From assembly GCA_934098395.1 (NCBI GenBank), contig CAKOOM010000001.1, positions 421,493 through 485,492 on the forward strand: 64,000 nt of DNA. The letters run 5' to 3'. A program made the translations under genes and the position numbers. This document shows positions 43,951 through 54,696 of the stretch, in pieces. Under the pieces are notes generated by a model. That model had not been told where the DNA came from and did not search any database. It worked only from the letters and a program-made list of their open reading frames with translations. Numbering within the stretch: the stretch's first letter is position 1; each line of letters begins with the position of its first letter. This DNA comes from an uncultured Bacilli bacterium. Its GTDB lineage: Bacteria; Bacillota_I; Bacilli_A; RF39; UBA660.

Positions 43951-44656
43951 GATAGAGAAATTATATAAAAATTTTAATGATTTAAAGGTATTAAAAAATA
44001 TAAATATTCAGGTTAATAAAGGCGAGAGAGTTGTAATAATTGGTCCATCTGGTTCAGGGAAAAGTACATTACTTAGATGTATTAATTATATGGAAATACC
44101 TACGAAAGGAAAAATATCTTTTGATAATCAGATACTTAATGATAAAAATATAGATAAGTATAGGCAAAAGATTGGAATGGTATTTCAAAGCTTTAATTTA
44201 TTTAATAATTTAACGGTTTTAGATAATCTTATATTAGCACCGGTAAAGATAATGAATATGTCTTATGATGATGCGAAGAAGAAGGCAATAGATTATTTAA
44301 AAAGAATAGATTTAGTAGATAAAATGAATGTATACCCAAGCAGTTTGTCTGGGGGACAAAAACAGAGAGTAGCTATTGTTAGAACAATGATGATGAATCC
44401 AGAGATGATTTTGTTTGATGAACCAACATCAGCACTTGATCCGGAAATGGTTAAAGGAGTTCAAGATATGATGCTAGAGTTAGCTGATTTAGGAATGACA
44501 ATGGTTATTGTAACACATGAACTAAGTTTTATTAAGAAGGTAGCAACGAAGATAATATTTATGGATAATGGAGAAATAAAATTTAGTGGGACTTATGAGG
44601 AGATAAAAAAGTGTGATGATGAAATTATTAAAACATTTTTATCTAATATAGAATGA
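43943..44656 (+). CDS. Polar amino-acid ABC transporter ATP-binding protein
   Basis: [20 protein letters not shown] and [15 protein letters not shown] 43943 overlaps the permease stop, and the SD GGAAGG lies upstream. Confidence 0.9.
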   Translation: MLKIEKLYKNFNDLKVLKNINIQVNKGERVVIIGPSGSGKSTLLRCINYMEIPTKGKISFDNQILNDKNIDKYRQKIGMVFQSFNLFNNLTVLDNLILAPVKIMNMSYDDAKKKAIDYLKRIDLVDKMNVYPSSLSGGQKQRVAIVRTMMMNPEMILFDEPTSALDPEMVKGVQDMMLELADLGMTMVIVTHELSFIKKVATKIIFMDNGEIKFSGTYEEIKKCDDEIIKTFLSNIE

Positions 44657-44672
44657 AAGGAAGGATGAAAAA

Positions 44673-45896
44673 ATGATAAATGTAAAAAGTGAAATTATGC
44701 CACTTAAGAAGGTCTTATTACATAGACCAGGGAATGAATTGTTGAATTTAACACCAGATTCTTTAGGAAGACTTTTATTCGATGATATTCCGTATTTAAA
44801 GATAGCAAGAGAGGAACATGATGAATTTGCAAGGATTCTTAGAAGTAATGGAGTAGAGGTAGTATACTTAGAAGATTTAATGGCGCAAACGCTTGATCAA
44901 AATCCAGATATTCGTGAAAAATTCATTAGACAATTTGTATATGAAGCTGGAATAAAGACTCCGAAGTATAAAGATGAAGTAATAGATTTCTTAATGGAAT
45001 TTAGTGATAATAAGGAATTAGTTTTAAAAACTATGCAAGGTATTAGAGTATCTGAATTATCTGCAATGGAGAGAGATTGTGAACATTCTTTAGTAGATAT
45101 GGTTACTGAGGATTCAAAGTTCTTAGCAGATCCGATGCCTAACTTAGTATTTACTAGAGATAACTTTGCATCAATTGGTAATGGTATTAGTTTGAATAAG
45201 ATGTATTCAGTTACGAGAAATAGAGAAACTATATATGCAGAATATATCTTTAGTTATCATAAAGATTATAAAGATACGCCAAAGTATTATGATAGATATA
45301 ATCCATATCATATTGAGGGTGGAGATATTTTAGTGCTTAATGAGCATACTTTAGCTATTGGTGTTAGTCAAAGAACAATGGCTGAATCTATTGAACAATT
45401 AGCAAGAAATATTTTTAAGGATAAAGATACTTCAATTGATACGGTATTAGCGTTTACAATACCTAGTTCTAGAGCATTTATGCATTTGGATACGGTATTT
45501 ACACAAATAGATTATGATAAATTTACTTTCCATCCAGGTATTATGGATACTCTTCAAGTATTTGAGATAAGTGAAGGAGTAATGGATGAGATAAAAGTTA
45601 AGGAAGTTAATGATAACTTAGAAAATATCTTAGAACATTATTTAAAAAGAGATGTTACTTTAATTCCATGTGGTGGTGGAGATAAGATTATTTCTGAGAG
45701 AGAACAATGGAATGATGGAAGTAATACTTTATGTATAGCTCCAGGAGTTGTTATTGTATATGATAGAAATAATATTACTAATGCTGTGTTAAGAAGATAT
45801 GGTATTAAAGTACTTGAGATGCATGGATCTGAATTGTCTCGTGGTAGAGGTGGCCCAAGATGTATGAGTATGCCTTTAATAAGGAGTGATAATTAG
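44673..45896 (+). CDS. arcA: Arginine deiminase
   Basis: [24 protein letters not shown] and the catalytic-Cys motif [10 protein letters not shown]. Confidence 0.95.
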   Translation: MINVKSEIMPLKKVLLHRPGNELLNLTPDSLGRLLFDDIPYLKIAREEHDEFARILRSNGVEVVYLEDLMAQTLDQNPDIREKFIRQFVYEAGIKTPKYKDEVIDFLMEFSDNKELVLKTMQGIRVSELSAMERDCEHSLVDMVTEDSKFLADPMPNLVFTRDNFASIGNGISLNKMYSVTRNRETIYAEYIFSYHKDYKDTPKYYDRYNPYHIEGGDILVLNEHTLAIGVSQRTMAESIEQLARNIFKDKDTSIDTVLAFTIPSSRAFMHLDTVFTQIDYDKFTFHPGIMDTLQVFEISEGVMDEIKVKEVNDNLENILEHYLKRDVTLIPCGGGDKIISEREQWNDGSNTLCIAPGVVIVYDRNNITNAVLRRYGIKVLEMHGSELSRGRGGPRCMSMPLIRSDN

Positions 45897-46891
45897 TGAA
45901 TTTAAAAGGAAGAGATTTTCTTACTTTATTAGATTATACACCCGAAGAAATTCGTCATTTGTTAGATTTAGCGAAATATTTTAAAGAACTTAAAAGAAAA
46001 GGAATAACTCATAAATTTCTAGAAGGGAAGAATATAGCAATATTATTTGAAAAGGATAGTACGAGAACAAGATGCGCTTTTGAGGTAGCTGGATATGATC
46101 TTGGTATGGGTGTTACTTATTTAGGACCAACAGGAAGTCAAATGGGTAAAAAAGAAAGTATTGCAGATACGGCTAGAGTACTTTGTAGGATGTATGATGG
46201 AATAGAATATCGTGGATTTGATCAAAGTATTGTTGAAGATTTAGCAAAATATAGTTCAGTTCCAGTATGGAATGGATTAACTACACAGTTTCATCCGACA
46301 CAAATGTTAGCAGATATTATGACTGCTGAAGAAACATTTGGTGATATGAAGGGAAAAACATTGGTATTTTGTGGAGATGCTAGAAATAATGTTGGTAATT
46401 CTCTAATGGTAGTTTGTTCTAAATTAGGAATTAATTTTACATGTTGTGCTCCGAAGGATTTATGGCCTAGTAGTGAATTGGTTTTGAAATGTAAGGAAAT
46501 AGCTGAAGGTAGTGGCAGTAAAATTTTGATGACTGAAGATATAATGGAAGGTACTAAAGGAGCTTCGGTAATATATACGGATGTATGGGTATCTATGGGT
46601 GAAGATCCAGCAAAATGGGAAGAAAGAATTAATCTTTTAAAACCATATCAAGTAACAATGAATGTTATGAATAACGCATCGGATAATGCAATATTTTTAC
46701 ATTGTTTACCATCATTCCATGATACGAATACGACTATTGGAGCAGAAATTAGTGAAAAATATGGTATTGATGAGATGGAAGTTACGAATGAAGTTTTTGA
46801 AAGTGAAAGATCAAAAGTATTTGATGAAGCTGAAAATAGAATGCATACGATAAAAGCAGTAATATATGCGACAATGGGTGAAGAAAAATGA
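45896..46891 (+). CDS. arcB: Ornithine carbamoyltransferase (catabolic context)
   Basis: [17 protein letters not shown] and HCLPSFHD motifs. The GTG start overlaps the arcA stop by 1 nt. Confidence 0.93.
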   Translation: MNLKGRDFLTLLDYTPEEIRHLLDLAKYFKELKRKGITHKFLEGKNIAILFEKDSTRTRCAFEVAGYDLGMGVTYLGPTGSQMGKKESIADTARVLCRMYDGIEYRGFDQSIVEDLAKYSSVPVWNGLTTQFHPTQMLADIMTAEETFGDMKGKTLVFCGDARNNVGNSLMVVCSKLGINFTCCAPKDLWPSSELVLKCKEIAEGSGSKILMTEDIMEGTKGASVIYTDVWVSMGEDPAKWEERINLLKPYQVTMNVMNNASDNAIFLHCLPSFHDTNTTIGAEISEKYGIDEMEVTNEVFESERSKVFDEAENRMHTIKAVIYATMGEEK

Positions 46892-47853
46892 AAATTGTTT
46901 TAGCTTTAGGAGGGAATGCTTTAGGGAATACTCCAGAAAAGCAACTTAGTTTAGTAAAAAAAACAGCTAAACAAATAGTTAAAATTGTAGCTGAGGGTCA
47001 TCAGGTAATTGTAGTTCATGGTAATGGACCACAGGTTGGAATGATTAATTTAGCTTTTGACAATGCGTATCAGTGTGATGCGGGTACTCCATTAATGCCT
47101 TTTGCTGAATGTGGAGCAATGAGTCAAGGATATATTGGCTATCATTTACAACAAGCAATAAGTGATGAACTTAGAAAGAATAAAATAGATAAAAATTGTG
47201 TGACAATCATTACTCAGGTAGAAGTTGATTTAAAGGATAAAGCTTTTAAAAATCCGACTAAACCTGTAGGAATGTTTTATAACCAAGAGCAAGCTAAGAA
47301 AATTAGAGATGAGAAGGGTTATATATTTGTCGAAGATGCAGGACGTGGTTATCGAAGAGTTGTACCTTCTCCGAAACCAGTTAGCATTGTTGAACAGGAA
47401 GTAATAGAGAACCTTGTTAATGATGGACAAATTGTTATTAGTTGTGGTGGTGGTGGAATACCGGTAATCACTAAGAAAGGAATACATGTAGGAGTAGATG
47501 CGGTAATTGATAAAGACTTTGCTGCTTGTAAGTTAGCAACATTAGTTAAAGCAGATGTTTTATTGATACTGACGGCGGTTGAAAAAGTATGTATTGGCTT
47601 TAAAACTGATAATGAACGTGAACTTGATGTAATTAATGTAGATGAAGCAAAAAAATATATTGCAGATAATGAATTTGCTAAAGGAAGTATGCTTCCTAAA
47701 ATAGAAGCTTGTATTAATTTTGTTGAGTCTAATAATAAAGGTGTAGCTATTATTACTGATTTAAAAAAGGGACTTTTGGCTTTGAAGGGTAAGACAGGTA
47801 CGAAAATAATTATGGGAGGAAATGAAAAAAATGACAAAGAAAAAGAAAAATAA
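46888..47853 (+). CDS. arcC: Carbamate kinase
   Basis: [21 protein letters not shown] and GGGGIPV motifs. A short Lys/Glu-rich tail arises where it overlaps the next gene. Confidence 0.93.
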   Translation: MKIVLALGGNALGNTPEKQLSLVKKTAKQIVKIVAEGHQVIVVHGNGPQVGMINLAFDNAYQCDAGTPLMPFAECGAMSQGYIGYHLQQAISDELRKNKIDKNCVTIITQVEVDLKDKAFKNPTKPVGMFYNQEQAKKIRDEKGYIFVEDAGRGYRRVVPSPKPVSIVEQEVIENLVNDGQIVISCGGGGIPVITKKGIHVGVDAVIDKDFAACKLATLVKADVLLILTAVEKVCIGFKTDNERELDVINVDEAKKYIADNEFAKGSMLPKIEACINFVESNNKGVAIITDLKKGLLALKGKTGTKIIMGGNEKNDKEKEK

Positions 47854-49270
47854 AAATATTTTGTCAGCGTTCTCAATTATATTGCTTATCATTATTGCAT
47901 TAGGAATTATTTCTCATATTTTACCAGTAGCGCAATTTGTTGATGGTGAAATTGTTGATGGTAGCGGTGTAACTGGAGCGAAGCTATCTGATGTCTTAAT
48001 GAGTCCAATTTTAGGATTTAAAGATGCATTTAGTGTATGTATATTTATAATGATACTTGGAGCATTTTTAGCGGTAATTACTAAAACTGGAGCACTTGAG
48101 ACTGGAATTAAAGTTTTAATTAAAAAGCTTAAAGGAAGAGAGCTGCTTTTAATACCAATTCTGATGTTTATCTTTAGTATTGGTGGTACAACATATGGAA
48201 TGCTTGAAGAAACAGTTGGTTTTTATGCATTGTTGTCTGCTACAATGGTAGCTGCTGGAATGGATACGATAGTGGCATCTGCTACGATATTACTTGGTGC
48301 TGGTGTTGGTGTTCTTGGATCAACAGTTAATCCATTTGCAGTAGGAGCTGCAGTGGATGCATTACCAGAAGGTATTGTAGTTAATCATGCTATTATTATT
48401 GCAATAGGTGTTGCTTTATGGATCACTTCTTATGTAATTGCAACATTATTTGTAATGAATTATGCAAAGAAAGTTAAAAAGGATAAAGGCTCTACATTCT
48501 TATCACTTCAAGAGCAAAATGCTATGGAGAAGAGATATGGTAAGAATAAGATAGAAGATGATGTTAAACTTACAGGTAAACAAAAAGTTACTTTATGGAT
48601 ATTTGCAATATCATTTTTGATAATGATTTTAGGATTTATTCCTTGGGAATCATTTGGAGTTACTATATTTAATGATTTTACAGGTTGGTTAATTGGTGTA
48701 CCAATTGGTCAATGGTATTTTGATGAAGCTTCATTGTGGTTCTTCCTTATAACTATATTATTATGTATAGTTAATAGATTTACTGAAAAAGAGACAGTTG
48801 ATACATTTGTAGATGGTGCAGATGATATGATTGGAGTAATTCTTATCATTGCGGTAGCTCGTGGAGTATCTGTTTTGATGGGTGTAACACATTTAGATAA
48901 TTATATTATATATAATGCTGCTGAATGGTTGAATGGAATGCCTGCAATATTATATGCACCATGTAATTATTTACTTCATATAGTATTATCTGTGTTGGTT
49001 CCATCTTCATCTGGAATTGCTAGTTTATCAACACCAATTATGGGGCCTTTAACAGCTCAATTAGGATTTTCAGTTGAAGTTAATGTTATGATTTTAGTAG
49101 CTGCAAATGGTCTAGTTAACTTGATAACTCCAACGTGTGGAGCTATTATGGGAGGACTTGCACTTGCACGTGTTGAATATTCAACATGGTTTAAATGGGC
49201 TTGGAAATTAGTAGCTTATTTAGGGCTTGCTTCAATGATAATCTTAACACTTGGAATGATTATATTTTAA
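47831..49270 (+). CDS. YfcC/C4-dicarboxylate-anaerobic-carrier family transporter (ArcD-type arginine/ornithine antiporter candidate)
   Basis: Polytopic protein of about 480 aa directly after arcC, as in streptococcal arc operons. ATG 47831 is better spaced from GGGAGGA (47814-47820) than the track start at 47822. Confidence 0.75.
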   Translation: MTKKKKNKNILSAFSIILLIIIALGIISHILPVAQFVDGEIVDGSGVTGAKLSDVLMSPILGFKDAFSVCIFIMILGAFLAVITKTGALETGIKVLIKKLKGRELLLIPILMFIFSIGGTTYGMLEETVGFYALLSATMVAAGMDTIVASATILLGAGVGVLGSTVNPFAVGAAVDALPEGIVVNHAIIIAIGVALWITSYVIATLFVMNYAKKVKKDKGSTFLSLQEQNAMEKRYGKNKIEDDVKLTGKQKVTLWIFAISFLIMILGFIPWESFGVTIFNDFTGWLIGVPIGQWYFDEASLWFFLITILLCIVNRFTEKETVDTFVDGADDMIGVILIIAVARGVSVLMGVTHLDNYIIYNAAEWLNGMPAILYAPCNYLLHIVLSVLVPSSSGIASLSTPIMGPLTAQLGFSVEVNVMILVAANGLVNLITPTCGAIMGGLALARVEYSTWFKWAWKLVAYLGLASMIILTLGMIIF

Positions 49271-49282
49271 TTAATTGGAAAT

Positions 49283-49325
49283 AATAGGGTAATATAATAT
49301 GTTTTGTATTACCTTATTTATTTAG
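49283..49325 (+). terminator. Terminator after the arc block
   Basis: 12-bp stem AATAGGGTAATA/TATTACCTTATT (one G-U), 12-nt loop, T-rich tail. Confidence 0.55.
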
Positions 49326-49334
49326 GAGATTAAT

Positions 49335-50063
49335 ATGAAAAGTAAGAATATTATAATAATTATTTTATCTATCTTGGTAGTTTGCTTATCTGGATATATA
49401 GTTTATGATAAGGTTTTATTAGATAATGATGATAAAAATAATGATAATGGTAATAATAAGCAACAGACAGTTGTAGAAAATAAATATAAACAATATAGGA
49501 CAGGCGATACGGTAAAATTAGAGAATAACACTGAGTGGATAGTGTTAACTGATAGTGGAAATGACATGGATTATGTTACAATATTATCTAGGACGCAATT
49601 TGATATTGATTCGAATTATTATGATGAATTATCTAATGAATATTATAATCGAAGTGATGATTGGAAATTTTCTAATTCAAAAATGTATAATTATTTAAAG
49701 ATAATTCAAAAAGATATCCCTGCTGATTTTAAAAAAATTGATGGATATGAAATAAGATTAATTAGTGTTGATGAAATTCTTAAAATGGATAATTTATTTC
49801 AATATAATTCAGAAACTGATTCTTATGATTATCAAGGAGATAATGTAAATAAAAATTTAATTGGATTATCAACAATGGACAAAACAAAGTGTGGTATGGG
49901 TAAATGTGCTCAATATTATACGACTGGAAGTGCGGTGGATTATAGTTCATGTTCAGGAGATAATGATTGTAATAAATCAAGATATTTTATATCTACTTGG
50001 TCATTTGGTCTTGTTAACCCAACTCCAGTTATTAATGTATATAAAAGTAGTATTTTTGAATAA
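49335..50063 (+). CDS. Hypothetical membrane-anchored or secreted protein
   Basis: 242 aa with an N-terminal TM (IIIIILSILVVCLSGYIVY), an Asn/Asp linker and a C-terminal domain with several Cys (KCGMGKCAQ, SCSGDNDC). No family recognised. Confidence 0.55.
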   Translation: MKSKNIIIIILSILVVCLSGYIVYDKVLLDNDDKNNDNGNNKQQTVVENKYKQYRTGDTVKLENNTEWIVLTDSGNDMDYVTILSRTQFDIDSNYYDELSNEYYNRSDDWKFSNSKMYNYLKIIQKDIPADFKKIDGYEIRLISVDEILKMDNLFQYNSETDSYDYQGDNVNKNLIGLSTMDKTKCGMGKCAQYYTTGSAVDYSSCSGDNDCNKSRYFISTWSFGLVNPTPVINVYKSSIFE

Positions 50064-50064
50064 C

Positions 50065-50098
50065 AAAAAAAGGTTGTTCTTTGGAACAATCTTTTTTT
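50065..50098. terminator. Bidirectional terminator between convergent genes
   Basis: A6, then stem AGGTTGTTC/GAACAATCT (one G-U), then T7. Confidence 0.75.
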
Positions 50099-50101
50099 AT
50101 G

Positions 50102-53100
50102 TTAGAATAAGTTTTTAATTCTAGTAAATAGATTAGTTTTTTCTTTAGTAGTATTAGTAGTTTTAACTGTTTTTTCTTTGGCTTTTTGACCATCTATTAC
50201 CATGATGAATTTGGTTGTACCATCAGTATCATTATTCTTCATAGTAAATGTTTGATAATCATTACCAAGTTCAAGTAATTTTTCTAATCTAGCAGAGGTT
50301 GGAGCTACTTCGGTATTAATCAAGTTTGTTAATACTTTGATACCTTCTTCGTTATATTTATGAATGCCTTTATTTAATTCGTCAGCACCATTGTATACTT
50401 TAGTAGTACCATTATAGAATTCATAAGTAAGAGCATCTATTTGATTTAAATCTTTATAAATATTTTCTTTAGTAGTATCAATGTTAGCTATTTCTCTCTT
50501 TAAGGCTTCGACTACAGGTTTAATAGTTTTAATTAATTCTTCAACATTATTATATATTTCAGTTAAAACATCTTTGTTTTGTTCTAATGTTTTTAGGTTA
50601 TTACTTAATAATTCGATTAATTCTTGGTTGTTTTTATAGTTAGTTTCAAAATTATATTTGATGTTATATAAATTTTTAGTTGGATCCATTTCTAGAACTT
50701 CATCATAAGTATAACTATCTAGATTGTTTTGATAGTATTCGGCAAATAAGTTATCATTTATTTTTTTCATACTGTCAATCATGTTTTTAGTTTTTTCTAG
50801 TAAATCAATAATGTTAGCAAGGGATTCATCATTGTTGGCATTATTTAGGTAATCTTTAATACTTTGAAGTTTTTCTAGAGTTTGAATAAGGCCATCTATT
50901 TTATCAATATTACCATTTTTTACTTCATTAATTATATTGTTTATATAATGAACGTTAGTATATATAGAACCAGTAATATCGTTTATTTGTTTAGTACCAG
51001 CAAGTAATTTTTCGGAACCTGATTCGATTTGATCGATACCATTTTGTAACATAGTGGCTTTATCTTCTATACTTGTTAACTCGTTTAGAATAGATAAATC
51101 ACTTTCGTTTAGAAGATTAGATGTAGCTATATTATATATAGTAGGTAATTCAAATTTTTCAGTATCATAAGAGATAGTTATTTTATTTAGTGGTGTAAGA
51201 TTAGATAGTTTTAAACTTTCTTCAAGACCAGGTGAAGTAATACCTAGTAGGATGTTATTTATACCATTATTGATTATTTTACCATTAGTAATTTTAATAT
51301 TAGAATTTCCTTCTTCAGGTAAAATTAGAGAAGTTGCAACAACAAATGGGGTATACATAGATTCATTTTTACCGGAAATATTGACATATTTTAATTCGTT
51401 ATTATAGTAATTTATAATAATTTCGATATGTCCTTTTTTACCTAGAGCTTTGTCTAGTGATACTTCTTTACCATCTAATTTATAAGTTAATTTAATAGTT
51501 ATTGGTAATTGTTTATTAATTATACCTTGGTATGCAATATTATTTCCATTAGTATTTAGAGTAAGAATGTTATTATTTATATTGATTTTTTCTTCGTTGC
51601 TTAAATTAATTATATTTTCTAGATTAGATATATCATTAACTGATTTATCTTTGTTATTATTTACGATTTGTTCTGTAACAATGGTATTTTTAACTTTACC
51701 AGTTTCGTCTAATTTAGAATATACGGTTTCATTTTTAGTTAGAGCATTTACGGGTGTTATAAAGGTAAATGCAAGTAACATTGGTAATATTAATTTCTTT
51801 TTCATAAATTTTCTCTCCTTTGTTTTTAGAATAGTAGTTTTAGTTATTAATTTATCAAATGTTAGTAGAATAGTAGGTAAGAATAAGATTACACTAAACA
51901 TACTGATGATGGCACCACGTGATATTAAGAAACATAGTGAACCAACCATTTCTAAGTGTGAATAGATACCTACGCCAAATGTGGCGGCGAAGAAACATAA
52001 TCCACTGACAATTGTTGAATTAGTTGAGTTATTGCAAGCTTTTAACATAGCTTCTTTTTTCTCTAAGCCATCTTTTTTATTAGATAGATAGTTAGTGGTT
52101 AGAAGGATTGCATAGTCGATAGTAGCTCCCAATTGGATAGTACCTAGAACGATAGGTGCTACGAAAGGTAAGATGGAACCACTAAAGTATGATAAACTCA
52201 TATTCATAAATATGGCAAATTCAATTGTAGTGATTAGTAGTATTGGCAATGAAATTGATTTTAGAGTAAACAACATAATTAATAGTATGCAGATAATAGA
52301 TGAGTAATTAACGTTTATGAAGTCTTGATCACTGATACTGATAAGATCTTTCATAAGTGGCCCTTCACCAGCTAAGATAGCTTTATTATCATAGTTTTTA
52401 ATTATTTTATCAATAGTAGTTATTTGATTATTTAATTCATCAGTAGCTATATCATATATAGAATTAACTAATATTAATTGATATTTATCACTTTCCATAA
52501 TACTTAATAGTTCACTACTTAGATATTCTTTGTTAAGACCTAGATCTGATAATTTATCTTCAGATAATACAAGATCTATACCTTCGACTGATTCGATTTC
52601 TTTAGTTAGTTTTTTTAGGGTATCTGTTTTAATATCTTTATTTACAAGAATTATTTCTGGAGATACGATATTGAAATTTTCTTTAATTTCTTTATTTGAT
52701 TTGATACTTTCTAGGGTACTAGGTAGGGTTTCATCCATTTTGTAGTATACTTCGACTTGCTTGTATCCAAGATATGCTGGAATGAATAATATAATGAATA
52801 CGACTAGAAGAATAGCTTGATGATTTATAATAAATTTGTTAAGACTATTGAATTTAGGTACTAAACAACGATGGGCTGTTTTATCAATAGCATTACTAAA
52901 GAATAGTAATAGACTAGGGAATATAGTTAATACTGATATTACTCCAAGAAATACACCTTTAGCCATAACTAGACCTAAATCGGTACCTAGGGTTAGTTTC
53001 ATAGTACATAATACTAAGAAACCAGCGATGGTAGTAATGGATGAAGCAGATACTGAGGTGAATGTTGATTTAATAGCTTTAACCATAGCTTCATCATTGT

Positions 53101-53875
53101 TTTTCTCAGTTTTACGATAATTCATATAAGCATGATATAAGAATATCGAGAAGTCAGTAGTGACTCCTAATTGTAATACAGCTACGAGAGCTTTAGTAAT
53201 ATATGAAATATTTCCAAATATAATATTAGATCCTAGATTTAGAATAATAGCTATACCAATATTTGCTAGTAGTAATACTGGTACAATGTAAGAATCAAGA
53301 GCTAACTCTAATATTAATAAGCAAAGGGCTACTGCTATTACAATATATACAGTTATTTCTTTTTCGGATAATTCCATAGTATCTAGAACCATAGAACTCA
53401 TACCACTTACTGAATAGCTACGATTTTCAATGTTTCTTAATTCTTTTATAGCATTTAGAGTAGTTTCATCTGAAGTGGAACCGTTAAATGTAACAATTAA
53501 AAGATCACTTTCTCCTTTACTTACTTTATCAATAATTTCTGATGGTAAGATTTCTTTAGGAATATCAGTACCAATTACATCATATAGACTGGCTACTTTG
53601 TTAACACCATCTATTTTTTTGATAGTTTTTTCTAGTTCTAATATTTCTTTAGGACTCATATCATCAGTAACTACGATGGAAAAGGCCCCCATGTTAAAGT
53701 TATCTGTTAAAATGTTTTGTCCTTTTACTGTTTCTATATCTTCAGGTAAGTATAATAAAATGTTATAATTGATTTTAGTTAAACTCATACCTACTAAGGA
53801 TAATAGGAATAGTATAGATGTAATAATTAAAACTAATGTTTTGTTTTTACATATAAATTTACCAAATTTTTGCAT
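50102..53875 (-). CDS. MMPL/RND-superfamily transporter fused in frame to a secreted helical-repeat (YhgE/Pip-like xxxLxxG) protein
   Basis: The N-terminal roughly 690 aa hold two MMPL halves with 6 TMs each. Residues encoded from ATG 51803-51805 start MKKKLILPMLLAFTFITPVNA|L.. and continue for about 567 aa with heptad-like repeats (QIESGSEKLLAGTKQIND, YNGADELNKGIHKY). The likely start is ATG 53873-53875, 8 nt after GGAGG. Confidence 0.8.
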   Translation of the reverse strand: MQKFGKFICKNKTLVLIITSILFLLSLVGMSLTKINYNILLYLPEDIETVKGQNILTDNFNMGAFSIVVTDDMSPKEILELEKTIKKIDGVNKVASLYDVIGTDIPKEILPSEIIDKVSKGESDLLIVTFNGSTSDETTLNAIKELRNIENRSYSVSGMSSMVLDTMELSEKEITVYIVIAVALCLLILELALDSYIVPVLLLANIGIAIILNLGSNIIFGNISYITKALVAVLQLGVTTDFSIFLYHAYMNYRKTEKNNDEAMVKAIKSTFTSVSASSITTIAGFLVLCTMKLTLGTDLGLVMAKGVFLGVISVLTIFPSLLLFFSNAIDKTAHRCLVPKFNSLNKFIINHQAILLVVFIILFIPAYLGYKQVEVYYKMDETLPSTLESIKSNKEIKENFNIVSPEIILVNKDIKTDTLKKLTKEIESVEGIDLVLSEDKLSDLGLNKEYLSSELLSIMESDKYQLILVNSIYDIATDELNNQITTIDKIIKNYDNKAILAGEGPLMKDLISISDQDFINVNYSSIICILLIMLFTLKSISLPILLITTIEFAIFMNMSLSYFSGSILPFVAPIVLGTIQLGATIDYAILLTTNYLSNKKDGLEKKEAMLKACNNSTNSTIVSGLCFFAATFGVGIYSHLEMVGSLCFLISRGAIISMFSVILFLPTILLTFDKLITKTTILKTKERKFMKKKLILPMLLAFTFITPVNALTKNETVYSKLDETGKVKNTIVTEQIVNNNKDKSVNDISNLENIINLSNEEKININNNILTLNTNGNNIAYQGIINKQLPITIKLTYKLDGKEVSLDKALGKKGHIEIIINYYNNELKYVNISGKNESMYTPFVVATSLILPEEGNSNIKITNGKIINNGINNILLGITSPGLEESLKLSNLTPLNKITISYDTEKFELPTIYNIATSNLLNESDLSILNELTSIEDKATMLQNGIDQIESGSEKLLAGTKQINDITGSIYTNVHYINNIINEVKNGNIDKIDGLIQTLEKLQSIKDYLNNANNDESLANIIDLLEKTKNMIDSMKKINDNLFAEYYQNNLDSYTYDEVLEMDPTKNLYNIKYNFETNYKNNQELIELLSNNLKTLEQNKDVLTEIYNNVEELIKTIKPVVEALKREIANIDTTKENIYKDLNQIDALTYEFYNGTTKVYNGADELNKGIHKYNEEGIKVLTNLINTEVAPTSARLEKLLELGNDYQTFTMKNNDTDGTTKFIMVIDGQKAKEKTVKTTNTTKEKTNLFTRIKNLF

Positions 53876-54047
53876 ATATTTTTCCTCCATTCGTTAATAT
53901 TTTATTTCTTTAATTATAAATATTCCACACACATAATGTATTCTTTGTATGATAATAGACATATGTAGGAAAATGTACTAATATATTAATAAGAAACTTT
54001 ACAAAAATAAATATATGGTTATAATATAATTAACTGGTGGTGATATT

Positions 54048-54623
54048 ATGGATAATAAAAAACAAGATTTGAGGATAGTTAAGACTAAACGACTTTTGTA
54101 TGATACGTTAATTGAACTTATGAAAGAGATGCCTTTTGAAGAGATAAAAGTATCGGATATATGCAATAGAGCTTTAATTAATAGATCTACTTTTTATAGT
54201 CATTATTCAGATAAATATGATTTGTTTAGTGAGTATATTAATGATTTAAAAAATACGTTAGCTACTTCTTTAGAGAATAATAGGGATTATAAGGATGCAA
54301 GAGAATATTATATTGAACTTATTTCAATATTTTTAAATCATGTTGAAGATAATAGAGAGATGTATAGATTAATTTTATTAAATAATAAGAATAGTATTGT
54401 TATGGATATTGTGTATGATGTTTTAGATAATGATATTAAAAAACATATTTATGAATTTGATAAGAATAATAAAAGAGTACCAATAGATATTGTTACTAAA
54501 TTTTATTTAGGAGCTATATTTAATGTTGGTATTGAGTATTTGAATAGTGAATATAAATATACCAAGGAAGAGATAGTTAGATATATTTCTTTATTAATAC
54601 CTAGAGAAATTAGTAATTTATAG
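54048..54623 (+). CDS. TetR/AcrR family transcriptional regulator, divergent from the MMPL gene
   Basis: N-terminal HTH IKVSDICNRALINRSTFYSHYSDKYDL, 191 aa. Confidence 0.85.
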   Translation: MDNKKQDLRIVKTKRLLYDTLIELMKEMPFEEIKVSDICNRALINRSTFYSHYSDKYDLFSEYINDLKNTLATSLENNRDYKDAREYYIELISIFLNHVEDNREMYRLILLNNKNSIVMDIVYDVLDNDIKKHIYEFDKNNKRVPIDIVTKFYLGAIFNVGIEYLNSEYKYTKEEIVRYISLLIPREISNL

Positions 54624-54696
54624 TAGACTTTTTAAAAAAATGTGTTATAATATAGAACCAAGCATATTTTAATTATATATAGAAAGGATGATAAAT

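Noticed and set aside
38195-53768. Antisense ORFs within lepA (38195-38380), miaB (40136-41214, three ORFs), ymcA-like (41570-41773), arcC (47230-47487 and 47349-47876), 49780-50118, and the MMPL gene (51567-53768, five ORFs)
   Set aside because: Each overlaps a gene with unambiguous family motifs on the other strand. None has its own translation signals or recognisable motifs.
53891-54047. Palindromes in the TetR/MMPL divergent intergenic region (ACATATGT, TAATATATTA) as TetR operators
   Set aside because: They are short and almost purely A/T, so they are expected by chance in DNA of this composition. I cannot distinguish an operator from background without comparative data.
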